Below are positions 1-11,632 of a stretch of DNA of 64,000 bases, one piece after another. Source of the DNA: Psammoneis japonica (taxonomy: Eukaryota); NCBI GenBank assembly GCA_008632985.1, contig QPGO01000036.1:520182-584181 (forward strand), in the 5' to 3' direction. The stretch's first letter is position 1. Each line of letters starts with the position of its first letter. The notes below the pieces were generated by a model, which was given only the letters and a program-made list of their open reading frames with translations, was not told the origin of the DNA and made no database searches. The position numbers were made by a program, and so were the translations under genes.

Positions 1-2368
1 ATTGGGAGGGCAGATGGGGCCAGTCTCGGATCATCGTCTGCCAAGGTCTTGCCAATTGGTGCTGGAAGGAATTGGCGCTGGATCGCGCTCTCCACTTCTG
101 CAAAGGATTCGCCGCAGTCCTTTGCCACCCATTGGATGCATTGCCACTGGTGTTGTGGGGACTTTTGAAGACCGGCACAGGCGGTCTGCGGGTGATGAAT
201 CACTGCATTTGCAAGTCCTTGGACGACCGAGGTCCACGACTTGGCTTTCTCTGCTGGCCATCGGTCGCGTGCGTCCGTCTCTCCGACGAAGCCTCCGAGG
301 TGGCGGCCACCTGAGCAGACAGTGAAGCCGAGGTCTCCAAAGCACGCCCTGGTGCTTTCCAGGTTGCGTTCTGGGACTGCCAGGATGTTCTTTTCGTCAG
401 CGGCAGGGTGGCAACCATGCTTGAGTCCTTCGACTTGAAGAGCCAAGAAAAATTCCCAAAGGATGTTGAATTTCCCAGCTGCAGCAGAGTCGTCGGCGCA
501 CCATGGCGTGAAAGCATCTTGACAGATGTCATTCAACTTGTGGACCAGCGGGAGAATGCCCAGTCCACAGGCCACCATGCCAAGTGGGTCACCCTGCGTG
601 ACACCTTCCTTGCTGAACAGTGCGAAGGCGGTGCCAAAGTGTCCGTGGAGAATTGGGATGCTCCAATGCTTGCAGCTGTTGAAAGTGAACCTGGCGCCGG
701 ATGGCCAGAGGTGTCCAACGTTGCACAACATTGGCACTCTGTTCTCTTCGTTGAATCCATTGGAGGCATCGACGAAGAGGAAGCTGCAGTCATCCTCAAA
801 CTCATGCTGTTCCCAGAGGAGATTCATCGCATGAATCGCACCTTCAATGCCTGCTTCTAGACCTGCACATGGCTGATCCATTCCACAGGCCTCTTTGGCC
901 TCTGCTCCAGCAACTGGGAGAACGGCTTTGGCCATGGCTCATTGCCATGCCTCTCCCATGCCAGCCGGGCGTGCTCCCGGGTTTTTGTCTAGCGCGATGA
1001 GTCGCTTTGCCATGATTGCACGGCAGGCGGCCCATGGGGGCGATTCGTTGGCCAGCCAGTTTGTGAATGTGCATGACGCCTCACGCAGCAATCCACTGGC
1101 TTCTCCGCAGCGGAGTGGCCACTGCGACACTGCATTGGCATCGGATCCACCAAGGCCTGCGCTCCCGGATGGTCGTCGCGCGACGGTCTCGACAGCACTG
1201 TCAGTGATCATGATGTCCTGGAGTTCAGGTGGTTCGTCGAATTTGTGAAACAGGTCTTCTTCCGGAATTCTCGGGTCCGGATGTTTCGATTCTGGTGCCT
1301 CAAACACGGTGTCCTTGGTCTTTTTGTCGATGTCATCGGGTGCGAGTGCTCCACCTTTTTCACGTTCCGAAATGCACCTGACTGCTCCTCTCAGGTTTCC
1401 TCGCAGCACCATTCTGTTGAATGTCTTGGCACGCTGCTCTGGCGTCTCCTCCTTCTGAACGGTCTTCAGATTGCTCTCAAGCAGCAGTTCGGTTGCTTGG
1501 ACCAACATCTTGTGCTTGTCTGTGTCCCAGTCATCCACGCGCCTGGTGAGCAGGGTTCCAATGTCCTTGGCTCGTTTTGCGTTGCGGCCCCACTGCAAAA
1601 TTGCTGCCTGGAACACCACGAACCTCTCCGAGTTCCACTTTTGCATCTTGACTCCATGTGGCAACTCTGCTGATGTTCTGATGAACCGTTTTCCTGCGGA
1701 ACCGTTCGGAACATCGCATCGTTGTGATGGACAGGGCATCAGCCGGTGCCAATGCTCTTGCCAAATTTTGTCATCCGATGTTCCACCATCCAGATGGGAG
1801 CCATCATTGAGGTGACAGGTCTCGCCGTGTGCCTCATGTGTGATTCGTTCCGCATCCAAATTGAAGTCGTTGGGTGCATTGTCGGGGTCGTCATGTGACG
1901 GAATTTTTGCTCCCTCCAAGCTCTCCTTGTCTTCCGGCTGCTCTCTTCCCCTTGAGGCAGTGTCAACCTCCTCACCATCGCTGCCCTCATCAGCATCCTT
2001 CGCTTGATCATTGGGCATGGTGTTTTCTTTGTTGGCTTCGGTGTTGGCCTTGGGTTTGTTCTGTTTGTTGGTGTCATCAGGTCATCCGCACAAATGCCAC
2101 ATTTGCCCCAAATGTGGCACGAACATGGCGTTTTGATCCCAAACGCCACCACTGTTTTTCCAATGCTCCCCAATTGTTTTTCCGTTGACAGCAAAGCTTC
2201 AAACACCACTGGGCACAGGGGCGCATGAAACACACAAGGGAAAATCAATTGGAAGTGGCATTCCAAGGCTTCTGTGTGCACAAGAAATGAGTTTGTCGCA
2301 GTCGGGGGCCACGAATCAATCGCCGGCACGCTTTTTTCGCGCGCAAAACATGGCATTTTATGTGGCAT
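1..2368 (-). mobile_element. Degenerate non-LTR retrotransposon (CRE-like LINE) reverse transcriptase ORF, frameshifted, runs off the window start
   Basis: Minus-strand translation shows RLIALDKNPGARPAGMGE, FVDASNGFN, EGVTQGDPLGM and the catalytic motif as WCADDS (489-503, expected WYADD). Several frameshifts. Only 2 TpA seen in 1-2350. Confidence 0.85.
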
Positions 2369-2445
2369 TACGCAGAATCAGCACCAGTTTCGCCGCAGAA
2401 AGAAATGCCACACATGGCATTGTGGCATTTGCACGGACAACCAAC

Positions 2446-2627
2446 TGAATGAGACAGGCACATGTGCTTTATGACCAAGTGTGCCCTCTCTGACACATGT
2501 GTGTTAACTGGCGCATTGGACATTCAGGAAGCCGTTAGAAGTCAGCTCCGATCAGCAAATGCGCTGATCGGGTCTCTTCTTGGTTCTCCCACAACTTTCA
2601 TCAAGTCATCTCAAGCTAGATCTTGCA
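2446..2627 (+). repeat. Gypsy 5' LTR
   Basis: TGAATGAGAC...GATCTTGCA, near-identical to the split 3' LTR. Confidence 0.95.
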
Positions 2628-2933
2628 CTGTAATTACAGTCACTGTCACAGCTTGTTCATTGCATTGTCAACTTCATGACAACGCGAAGAGTGTTGTCGA
2701 GAAGAGAGAACATTTATTTGCGAGCTCGTGCAGAAAATTTCATCGAAGTCGATCAGAACCGCAGCGCAATTGTGCTCGTGAAATTGGCGATTCGGAGCAG
2801 CATTTGTTCAAACTCGAATCTCGCACTGCTGCTCTTGAATTCGTCATTGTTTGGTTGTTGATTGTTCTTGTTGTGTGGATCAATTGGGGACGTTTTATTT
2901 TGTTTGTCATGTGGATTGTTGATTGTTTGATCA

Positions 2934-4199
2934 TTGAAATTGTTCATCGCCATGTGTCAAGAAGCCTTGGAGAAAGCGTGCACTGAGTGTAAAACCAAAT
3001 TCGTGGATTCTGAGCTGCAGGAAGTGAAGCTCACTCAAACCTTTGATGATGGCACCAAACTTTCAAAAGTGTGTCCCATTTTCACAGGAGAGCATGGAAT
3101 TGAATCATTGTTGCACGTGGAGGATGGGTTCCGGAAGGTGGCAAGACAGCCAGATTGTGACACCGGAACAGAGTTGTTTGGTGCTTTCGAGGATTGTCTC
3201 CAAGGAACTGCAGAGGCAAAATGGCAGAATGTTGCCGCGGGCATTCCACAAAATCAACGGACGGCAGCTCAATTTGATCAGGCTGTTTCATCCTGTTGTC
3301 TGCGCTGCGTGAAACCGACAGCTCGCGACATGATGAAGATGTGTTTGCCCACTTGCAAAAAGCCTTGCTCAGCGGAATCTGAAACTCACATTGATCGCAT
3401 GGAGACGTTGTTTCATTGCACCAACCGTTTGCCTGGTGCCATTCCTGCACTTGCAGAGCAGGAGCAGAAAAATGTCATCTTTTGTGCCTTCCCTTTGACC
3501 TGGCAACAGCCCCACATTCGTGCGGGCAAGAACCTTGTTGCGGATTCCATGGTTGACATCCAAGCCTGCATGAGCAACAAGAAGGTGTTTGCCGATGGTC
3601 AAGATGACAAGAAACGCAAGTCCAGCAATGGCAATGGAGGGAACTCCAGCAACAAAAAGGGCAACCATGACAAGAAGGATGATGAGGGCCAACCGAAGGC
3701 AGGTGATCCATGTCCAGTCCCGTGGCACCATGGAAGGCATGCGTGGGGCCAATGTTGTGACAATCCAAACAACCCCAACTTTCGTGGGCCTCAGAACCGT
3801 GGCGGTCAAGGAGGAGGCCGTGGCGGTGGAGGTCAAGGCGGAGGTCGTTTCCAAGGAGGCCCTGGTCAAGGCCGTGGAGGCGGTGGATGCTTTGGTGGTC
3901 GTGGCAACCAGAACCAAGGAGGTCGTGGTGCCTGTCACAACAACAACAACAACGGAAATCAAAATGACAATGGCAACCAAGGTGGTGGTCAACATTGTCA
4001 CAATGAAAACAACAACCGTGGAGGCCAAGGACAGGCCGACGGATGTGCTGCTCAAGCAGACAACATGAACAATGACAACCAGGCTCGAGAAGCTCCTCGT
4101 GGTGATGTGCACCATTTCGATGTGATCGGACGAGGCCCTCCACGATGCGGAGGTGTGGCGAGGTTTCAGCCGGATGGGCAGTTTCCTCGGCAGTTCTGA
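2934..4199 (+). pseudogene. gag: Gypsy gag (zinc-knuckle-like CP..HH..H.W..C followed by a Gly/Asn-rich tail)
   Basis: 421-aa ORF directly downstream of the LTR, with no Tyr and excess Cys/His. The true start is probably further upstream (~2677) behind a frameshift. Confidence 0.75.
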
Positions 4200-4337
4200 G
4201 AAGAAGGAGCTGAGTGCTCTGGAGCTGAGTGCTCCCAATTGCCTGTGAGAGAAGCATTTGTTGAAGAAAATGATTGTGTTTTGCCTGAATGAAATGATGA
4301 ATGTTTTGCTTTTGATTGTTTTGAAAATCCTGACGAA

Positions 4338-7300
4338 TTGTCACCTGTTGAATTTGAAAACACTGCAGAAAATTGCATGAATGAAGAGGGGGATGTGTTT
4401 GATCAAGATGCATTTGAACATGACACTCCTCTCCCCAAAATGAGTTCGCAAGTCTCGCACACCGCATTGGTCCCATCTACACTGCTTGTTGCAAAATCAA
4501 TGCAACGGCATGAGTCAAATCGTGTGATGTGTGTTTTGTTCGATTCAGGTGGTTCTCACACTGTGATTTCATCCCAAGTTTTGCCTCGAGGAGCCGCACC
4601 ATCCATTGACGAGCATGGAGTCTGAGCTTTTCAAACCATGGCAGGTCCTTTCCAATCGGGTCGTTGGGTGGCCTTGAGCGACATCGTGTTGCCAGAATTC
4701 AACAAAACTGGAAGGATTGATGGATGTGTGGCTCACGCATTCGATGCTCCGTGTGCATGTGACATCATTTTGGGTCGAGATTTCTTGGACAAGATTGGTC
4801 TCAACCTGAGCTATGACACGAGGACACTGCGATGGCCAGACCGTGTGATCCCAATGAAGGAACCTCGTCATTGGTCCAAATCCCACAATTGGTGTGTGGC
4901 TTTAGATCGAATGGATGAATTTGATGAAGATTGTGAAGATGAGTCGGACTGTGGATGCAATGATGGGTGTGACAACTGTGTGCTCGACGCCAAGCATGAA
5001 GCAACGGATCCAGCGGAGGTGGTTCGGAACTTGGATCATCTCACGGAGGAGCAAAAGAAGAAGCCACCAGCGGCATTGGAAAAATGTTTGACCTTGTTTG
5101 ACGGAACTTTGGGGCACCATCCTCATGAAAAGGAAACGGTTTTGAGCGATGTGGAGCGGCATTTTTATCCACTTCGAGGTGCACCTTTTCATGAGGACAG
5201 TGGACCTGCGGAATGGGCAGCCGGTGCCTTCATCACTCCGAAGAAGGACGGCCGAGTGCGATGGGTGTCCGATTTTTGGGAGCTCAACAAGGTCCTCAAA
5301 TGAAAAGCACATCCTCCACCAGTTGTTCAAGATGTGCTGCAGCGGAGAGCGGGCTACAAATTCTTCACGAAATTGGATCTCACTGTGCCCTGCTGCAATT
5401 TGGAACTGGACAATGAAAGCAAGGAGCTCGCTACAATTGCAACTCCGCATGGGAAGTTCCAGCATTGTCGCATGGCTGTGGGATTGAAGCCAGCTCCAGA
5501 CATTGCTCAGTCCATCATTGAAAAGATCCCACATGGTTTGGATGTTGAAACTTACATTGATGATGTTGGTGCATTTGACGCTGACTTTGATTGCCATCTC
5601 TCTTGTCTTGACAAGGTGCCACATCGTCTCGAGAAGAATGGTTTGAAAGTTGACCCATTGAAGCGCGAATGGTGTGTCCAAGAAACCGATTTCCCAGGGC
5701 ATTGGCTCACTCCAACTGGAATTAAACCGTGGAAAAAGAAGGTTGAGGCAATCCCACGAATGTAACCTCCGTGGGACACTGCTCAGCTCTGGTCGTTTCT
5801 TGGTGCAGCAACCCACCATCGCAATGTGTGGCCTTGCCGTTCTCACCTGCTTGCACCTCTGACTGAATTGACAGGCAAGAGTCAGTTCCAATGGACAGAA
5901 TCATGCCAGAAAGCGTTCAAGGAGATGAAGGCAGCAATCACGGCGGAAGCGTTGATGGCCCACCCCAACCACAACCTGCCATTCCATGTCTGCACCGATG
6001 CATCAGACTGCCAGATGGGTGCCGCCATTGTTCAAGATGGTGAACCTGTGGCGCATTGGTCTAAGAAGCTCTCGGCAGCTCAACGAAATTGCTCAACAAT
6101 GGAAAAAGAACTCCTGGCTGTCGTCATGTGCTTCAAGGAATTTCGCTCAATGTTGCTCAGTGCTGATGTCACTGTTCATGCTGATCACAAAAATCTCACC
6201 TTTCGCACTTTGAATGCACAGCGCATCCTTCATTGGCGACTGTTTCTCGAAGATTTTGCGCCTGCCTTTAAGTGTGTCGAAGGCAAGGACAACGTGCTTG
6301 CCGATTGTTTTTCTCGACTCCCACGCATGGATCCACCTTCGGAGGGGAAGAGCCTTGGGCCAAGCAGTGAACGCAAAGGAAAAATCATTCATTTTGAAAA
6401 GTTGGATTCCAAGGAACTGAGCAAAGCCGAGGAAGAGGAAGATTTGGAGTTGGGCGCTTGCAGGTTCAAGTGTTGCCGTGCTCCGGTTGATCTTCTGATG
6501 AGTCTCACGCCACCTTTTCCTCTCCACTTGATGAGCCTGAATTGTTTGAATGCTTTTTGAATCACCCGACGCTGGACGAAATGCCGAATCCTGCTGAGAC
6601 ACCAAGGACACAACAGCTCCAGTTCGAAGATCTCCAACTGAATCAGCAAAGACAACAAAATCCGCAGCAGTTCGTGGTCAAGATTGTGAATCATTGCCCC
6701 CTGATTTGTCATCGTTTGCATCTGAATGATCCGCCTGGAGCCTGGAAAATTTGCATTCCTGCTGCGTTGTTGCCAGATGCCATTGCATGGCGCCATCGTG
6801 CATTGGGCCATTGTGGAGTCGTGCGATTGCACGAAAGTGTTTGGACTCACACGTGTCATCCTGCATTGCGTCGATGTTGCAATGAATTTGTTTGCGATGC
6901 GTGTCAACAATTTAAACAGCTGGGTCCTGGACATGGAGAATTGCCTCAACGTCAAGCACCTTTGGCTCCGTTGACGGAAGCAGCGGTTGATCTCATTGGA
7001 CCGTGGAAAACACCAATTCAAGACCAAGAGATTGAATTCAGCGCTCTCACTTGCACTGACACTGTCACTGGATTGACTGAACTCGTGCGCGTTGACAACA
7101 AAACTTCTCAGCATGTGACTGACAAGTTTCGCAACCTTTGGTTGGCTCGTCATCCCAGACCGAATCGATGCATCCATGACAATGGTGGAGAATTCATTGG
7201 CTGGGAGTTCCAGATGCTGCTAAATCAAGCGGGCATTGCTGATGTGCCGACGACGTCTCGAAATCCTGCAGCCAACTCCATTTGTGAATGAATGCACCAA

Positions 7301-7807
7301 ATGGCAGCTGACATCGTGCGCACTGTGGTTGTTGCTGACCCACCTTTAAATGTTCAACAGGCCGAGCAGATTGTGGACGATGCCCTTGCTGCAGCCTCTT
7401 GTGCTTTGCGATGCTCCCACTCAAGGTCCATGGGTGTTTCAAGTGGGGCTCCAGTGTTTCAACGTGATGTGATTTTGGACTTGCCAGTTGTCTCCCACCT
7501 TGCTGCGACACAAGCCAACCAACAAGTGTTGATCGACAAAAACCTGCGACAACAGAATGCGAAGCGCCATTCCTGCGATCATCCAGTTGGTCAAGATGCA
7601 CTGATCAAGTCGGTGGATCCTTCAAAGTTGGAAGAACGAGCCTGTGGTCCGTTTCGAATTGTGCAAGTCCATGCCAACGGGGCTGTTTCGGTGCTGCGAG
7701 CACTGCACGTCATTGAGCGAATTAACATTCGCCGCGTGGGTGCCGCATCGGAGTTGAGGGTTTCTTCCCAACGTCTGGGTTCCCTTCTCCGTGGGTGCTG
7801 GGTTTGA
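4338..7807 (+). pseudogene. pol: Gypsy pol (protease, RT, RNase H, integrase), disrupted
   Basis: Protease LFDSGGSHT (~4537). RT PKKDGRVRWVSDF and YIDD (5553-5564). RNase [27 protein letters not shown]. Integrase H..GH..CDAC, VDLIGP, HDNGGEF, NSICE. In-frame stops at 4623, 5301, 5763 and 7289, plus frameshifts. Confidence 0.95.
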
Positions 7808-8214
7808 ATTTTAGTCAAGTGGTTCCAATGGTGCGCGTGTTCCTTGCACCATGGAGGGGAAGAGTGAATGAGTGACAGAAATTGAAGGCAAATGGCAAGA
7901 ATTCAAACAATGACTCCTTGCTGCTGTCTAAATGGCAGATGAGTCTCCGCTCAGAGACCGTTGCAGGAGCCGAAAGACGTGCAAGTCGGTGCAATCGGGC
8001 CACTGTCATTGTTCTTGTGAGCCTTGTGGCTCAAAAGCAAACTGCATCGCACGCGAACGCGCGGAACTAAAGCACACAAAACTGTGCGCGGCAAACTAAA
8101 CAGCGCACGATGTTTCGCGCACACCCAAATCCTGTTCAAATCCTGTCACTCCCCAGTTTGCTTGAGGAGTCACAGAAACAGATTCGACTTCGGATTGACT
8201 AAAGAACTTTGGAG

Positions 8215-10221
8215 TCAAAGCACCAAAACATGCGGAGACAAGAAAGGATCAAGATCCAAGAGCAACGTTGCATTCTCCAAGTGGGTCATCTTGAGATGAG
8301 CTGCATCTCCCCAATTGCAGATGCCGTTGTGCTTTTCAAAGCTCAAGGCACACTTGGGATCTTGTGGGATTCCACATCCGCATTTGCAATGGAAGGAGCA
8401 AAGCTTGGTCTGGTTGACAATGTTGAACGGCGGGGCAACATTGCAGGCGGCATGGCGTTTGCACGACTCGGGGAACAGAGCAAGCATGAGTTCAAAGGCA
8501 CAAGCGGTGGTCTTGTGTTCCACCAATCTGATTGCAAGCTCAGCTGCATCTCCTGAGAGACTGATCCAATTGGAGAAACGAGTCTCAAGGTGCAAGCCTT
8601 CGGGGATCGGATTGGAGCAAGACATCTTGTGGTGCAAGGCTGCAGATGTCTGATTGGGGCAACCAGCCCTGTGCTGCAAGACTTCTGGGATCCAAAAGGA
8701 CTTGCCAGTCTTGTGACACGAGTCTTCGGGGATCCAATCAGGAGGCCAAGTCTTGAGGTGCGAGACTTGGGGGATCCAATGAGGAGGCCAAGTCTCGTGG
8801 CGCAAGACTTGAGGGATCCAATCCGGAGGCCGAGTCTTGAGGCATGAGACATGGAGGATCCAATTGGGAGGCCCGGTCTTGAGGCACGAGACGTGGAGAG
8901 TCCAGTTGGGAGGCCTGGTCTCAAGGCACCAGACTTGGGGCATCCGATCAGGAGGCCCAGTCTCGATGCACGGCACTTGGGGCATCCAATCAGGAGGCCC
9001 AGTCTCGAGGCACGAGACTTGAGGCATCCAATCAGGAGGCCCAGTCTCGAGGTGCGAGACTTGGGACATCCAATCAGGAGACCTGGTCTCGAGGTACGAG
9101 ACTTGGGGCATCCAATCAGGAGGCCCAGTCTCGAGGTACGAGACTTGGGGCATCCAATCAGGAGGCCTGGTCTCGAGGTACGACACTTGGGGCATCCAAT
9201 CAGGAGGCCCAGTCTCGAGGCACGAGACGTGGAGAGTCCAGTTGGGAGGCCTGGTCTCAAGGCACGAGACTTGAGGCATCCAATCAGGAGGCCTGGTCTC
9301 GAGGTGCGAGACTTGAGGCATCCAATCAGGAGGCCTGGTCTCGAGGTGCGAGACTTGGAGCATCCAGTCAGGAGGCCTGGTCTCATGGTGCGATGCTTGG
9401 AGGATCCGAAGACAACGAAGCTGCTTGGATGTCCTGAACTCCCCATCTGATGAACCGGTTGAACTGTTGTGAACAGATTCAATGACGGGAAAAGGAGGCT
9501 CCCCATCAGGAGATGCGAGAAGCAAGTTGTCATCTCCATCACTTCCCAAACGAAGACTGTGAAGGGTGACAGCAGTCGACACGTGGAGGTTGGCAGCACA
9601 TGGTTTGCGGGGTGCAAAGACTGCAGCTTTGGAAGCCATGGGTGGAGTGTCCCAACTGGTCTCGAAGTGCGGGCCTGTGCAAGGGCTGCAATCCTGCACT
9701 GGGCCGAGGTTGCTTGCAGGCAGGTTGGTCAAGACATGCGGGGCGCGACTGACACCACTTCCAGGGGACACCTGAGTGGTGGCACAGTGCAAGGCTGGTG
9801 TCAAAATGGCACTGGGTTCACCTGGTTTGGATGGCAAGGGACTCGGCACAGGTGCGGAGGGTGCTGCGCCAGTGGCCAGAGAGGTCAAACAGTCCGGACC
9901 AAGGCGGCAGTTGCGAAATTCGTTGGGTGTGAGTGACTGGGGTTCATTGGTCACATCATCACCGTTGCAAACTTTGACAAAGTAGAAGCTGATCAAAGCT
10001 GCCAGGAGGTTTCTGTGGGTCCATGGCAAAGGCACTGCATTGGCGCCGTCTCTGCAAGTGAGGGCGTCAATTTGGGTGGGTGAGAACGTGAACAATTCCT
10101 CGCACGATTCAACCCCATTGATGGACAGGGCAGAACGAAGAGGGCTGTCATCGTCTTGATTGAGCACAGTGCCTGGAATGCATTTGAAGCTTTCGGTTTG
10201 TTGCTGTTGCGTGAGAACCAT
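8215..10221 (-). CDS. Copia-like gag N-terminus fused to a 14-aa repeat array and a short pol-like remnant (~668 aa, probably non-functional)
   Basis: MVLTQQQQTESFKCIPGTVLNQDDDSPLRSAL resembles diatom Copia gag starts. The C-terminal DPKCALSFEKHNGICNWGDA resembles the pre-RT segment of Copia pol. Confidence 0.55.
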   Translation of the reverse strand: MVLTQQQQTESFKCIPGTVLNQDDDSPLRSALSINGVESCEELFTFSPTQIDALTCRDGANAVPLPWTHRNLLAALISFYFVKVCNGDDVTNEPQSLTPNEFRNCRLGPDCLTSLATGAAPSAPVPSPLPSKPGEPSAILTPALHCATTQVSPGSGVSRAPHVLTNLPASNLGPVQDCSPCTGPHFETSWDTPPMASKAAVFAPRKPCAANLHVSTAVTLHSLRLGSDGDDNLLLASPDGEPPFPVIESVHNSSTGSSDGEFRTSKQLRCLRILQASHHETRPPDWMLQVSHLETRPPDWMPQVSHLETRPPDWMPQVSCLETRPPNWTLHVSCLETGPPDWMPQVSYLETRPPDWMPQVSYLETGPPDWMPQVSYLETRSPDWMSQVSHLETGPPDWMPQVSCLETGPPDWMPQVPCIETGPPDRMPQVWCLETRPPNWTLHVSCLKTGPPNWILHVSCLKTRPPDWIPQVLRHETWPPHWIPQVSHLKTWPPDWIPEDSCHKTGKSFWIPEVLQHRAGCPNQTSAALHHKMSCSNPIPEGLHLETRFSNWISLSGDAAELAIRLVEHKTTACAFELMLALFPESCKRHAACNVAPPFNIVNQTKLCSFHCKCGCGIPQDPKCALSFEKHNGICNWGDAAHLKMTHLENATLLLDLDPFLSPHVLVL
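8690..9385. repeat. 42-bp tandem repeat, ~16-17 units
   Basis: Unit GGCATCCAATCAGGAGGCCTGGTCTCGAGGTACGAGACTTGG, encoding ETRPPDWMPQVS(Y/H/C)L on the minus strand. Confidence 0.95.
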
Positions 10222-11458
10222 GACGGAGGACGGTGCAGTAGAAACAAAAGACAGGAACCAATCTAGAGCACGATCTTGACTCGGAGTTTTGACTTGGAAC
10301 TTGGCTTGAAAAAGACTTGACTTGAGCCAGACTTGACTTGAAATCTTGGACTGTCTTAAAATCAGAAGTCGCCGGGTTGTGCCATCCCGTTCGTTGTCAA
10401 GTGCTAAACTTCCCATCCGGTCCGTAGAGTTGTGCCGGCACGTCTGAACCCGCAGCCAGCGGCGCTTTGGGTTGCTTGCGAGTGGAGCAGCGGGTTGCAA
10501 ACCCCTGCAGGTGAGCTGACTGGAGGTGGACAAGACCCCCGAACAGTTCTCATTTTATGTCGGTTGGATTTCCCGATCAGGCTGGCCAGTTGACGCAGGC
10601 GTCAGGCGCTGTGGACGAACGAACAAACGCGGGAAAACACCCTCGCCCCAACGCAGGCTGTAATCACGGCTGCTTGCTCTCACAGTCGTCCTCGTGGACC
10701 TGGCAGAACTGTGGAGCACCAGCAGTCCGGGGCAGATCAGGTGCAATGGACTCGGCGTGCTTGCAGAGTGGCAGCAAAGCCGCAGTCCAAAGAGTGGGTT
10801 CAAGTCCTTGGCTGTGAAGATGTGTGTGTGTGCACATGTCTTGAGCGACGGAGATCCTTGAACATGCAGGGTTCTTGACCGTTGACCGTTGAATGGGCAC
10901 ATCAAGGGATGAGGATCAAGGACAGACTTGGATGTGACCGTTGAATGCATGTCTTCAGCGATCAAAGGCAGCACAATCAATCCAGATGTCCAGCAGCAAG
11001 GAGACTTGACGGTGACGTTAACTTCCTGCCGATGTCCTGGTGTTGAATGCGCGCAGACTTGCCGATGTATGTAGAACACACACGGAGGTCCACACAGAAT
11101 TGAAATGGCATCGTCGGCAAATCAACGACGACGATGGCGGTTGCTCAATGGGTTGACAATGAGCAAGACTGTCAATCTGACAGAAATTGAAGGCAAATGG
11201 CAAGAATTCAAACAACAACTCCTTGCTGCTGTCTAAACAGCAGATGAGTCTCCGCTCAGAGACCGTTGCAGGAGCCGAAAGATGTGCAAGTCGGCACAAT
11301 CGGGCCACTGTCATCATTCTTGTGAGCCTTGTGGCTCGAAAGCAAACTACATCGCGCGCGAACGCGTGGAACTAAAGCACACAAAACTGTGCGCGGTAAA
11401 CTAAACAGCGCGCGATGTTTCGCGCGCAACCAAATCCTGTTCAAATCCTGTCAATGAG

Positions 11459-11632
11459 ACAGGCACATGTGCTTTATGACCAAGTGTGCCCTCTCTGACA
11501 CACGCATGTTAACTGACGCATTGGATGTTCAGGAAGCCGTCAGAAGTCAGCTCCGATCAGCGATTGCGCTGATCGGGTCTCTTCTCGGTTCTCCCACAAC
11601 TTTTATCAAGTCATCTCAAGCTAGATCTTGCA
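11459..11632 (+). repeat. Gypsy 3' LTR (distal part, after the nested insertion)
   Basis: Matches 2454-2627 and is followed by TSD CCAAC. Confidence 0.95.

Larger units (their letters stand above)
7873..11453 (-). mobile_element. Non-autonomous LTR retroelement (Ty1/Copia, CoDi-like derivative) inserted 8 bp into the Gypsy 3' LTR
   Basis: 276-bp LTRs TGACAG...CTGTCA at 7873-8148 and 11178-11453. TSD ATGAG at 7868-7872 and 11454-11458. Minus-strand purine tract GGGGAG next to 8148. Gag-like N-terminus, no RT/IN core visible. Confidence 0.9.
2446..11632 (+). mobile_element. Full-length Ty3/Gypsy LTR retrotransposon, inactivated, with a Copia derivative nested in its 3' LTR
   Basis: 182-bp TG..CA LTRs at 2446-2627 and 7865-7872 + 11459-11632. 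5-bp TSD CCAAC at 2441-2445 and 11633-11637. PPT GGAGGGGAAGAG at 7853-7864. Domain order gag-PR-RT-RH-IN. Confidence 0.95.

Noticed and set aside
3369..4476. Long minus-strand ORFs opposite Gypsy gag
   Set aside because: They are antisense shadows of a low-complexity, stop-depleted region.
8690..9385. CRISPR-like array (also considered for 25469-26205 and 35684-36410)
   Set aside because: These are head-to-tail tandem units without unique spacers, there are no cas genes, and the context is eukaryotic.
1..9385. Diversity-generating retroelement (RT plus adenine-specific variation)
   Set aside because: The RTs are LINE and Gypsy type, there is no TR/VR pair, and the changes are TA-specific A->G on both strands across kilobases rather than A->N in one variable region.
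1..11632. Alternative genetic code or Tyr-avoiding codon usage
   Set aside because: Depletion is frame-independent and includes LTRs and satellites, and neighbouring genes use Tyr, TAA and TAG normally.
1..11632. Classical RIP or CpG deamination as the sole explanation
   Set aside because: Both are C->T processes that create or leave TpA. They cannot turn conserved TAY codons into TGY or CAY.
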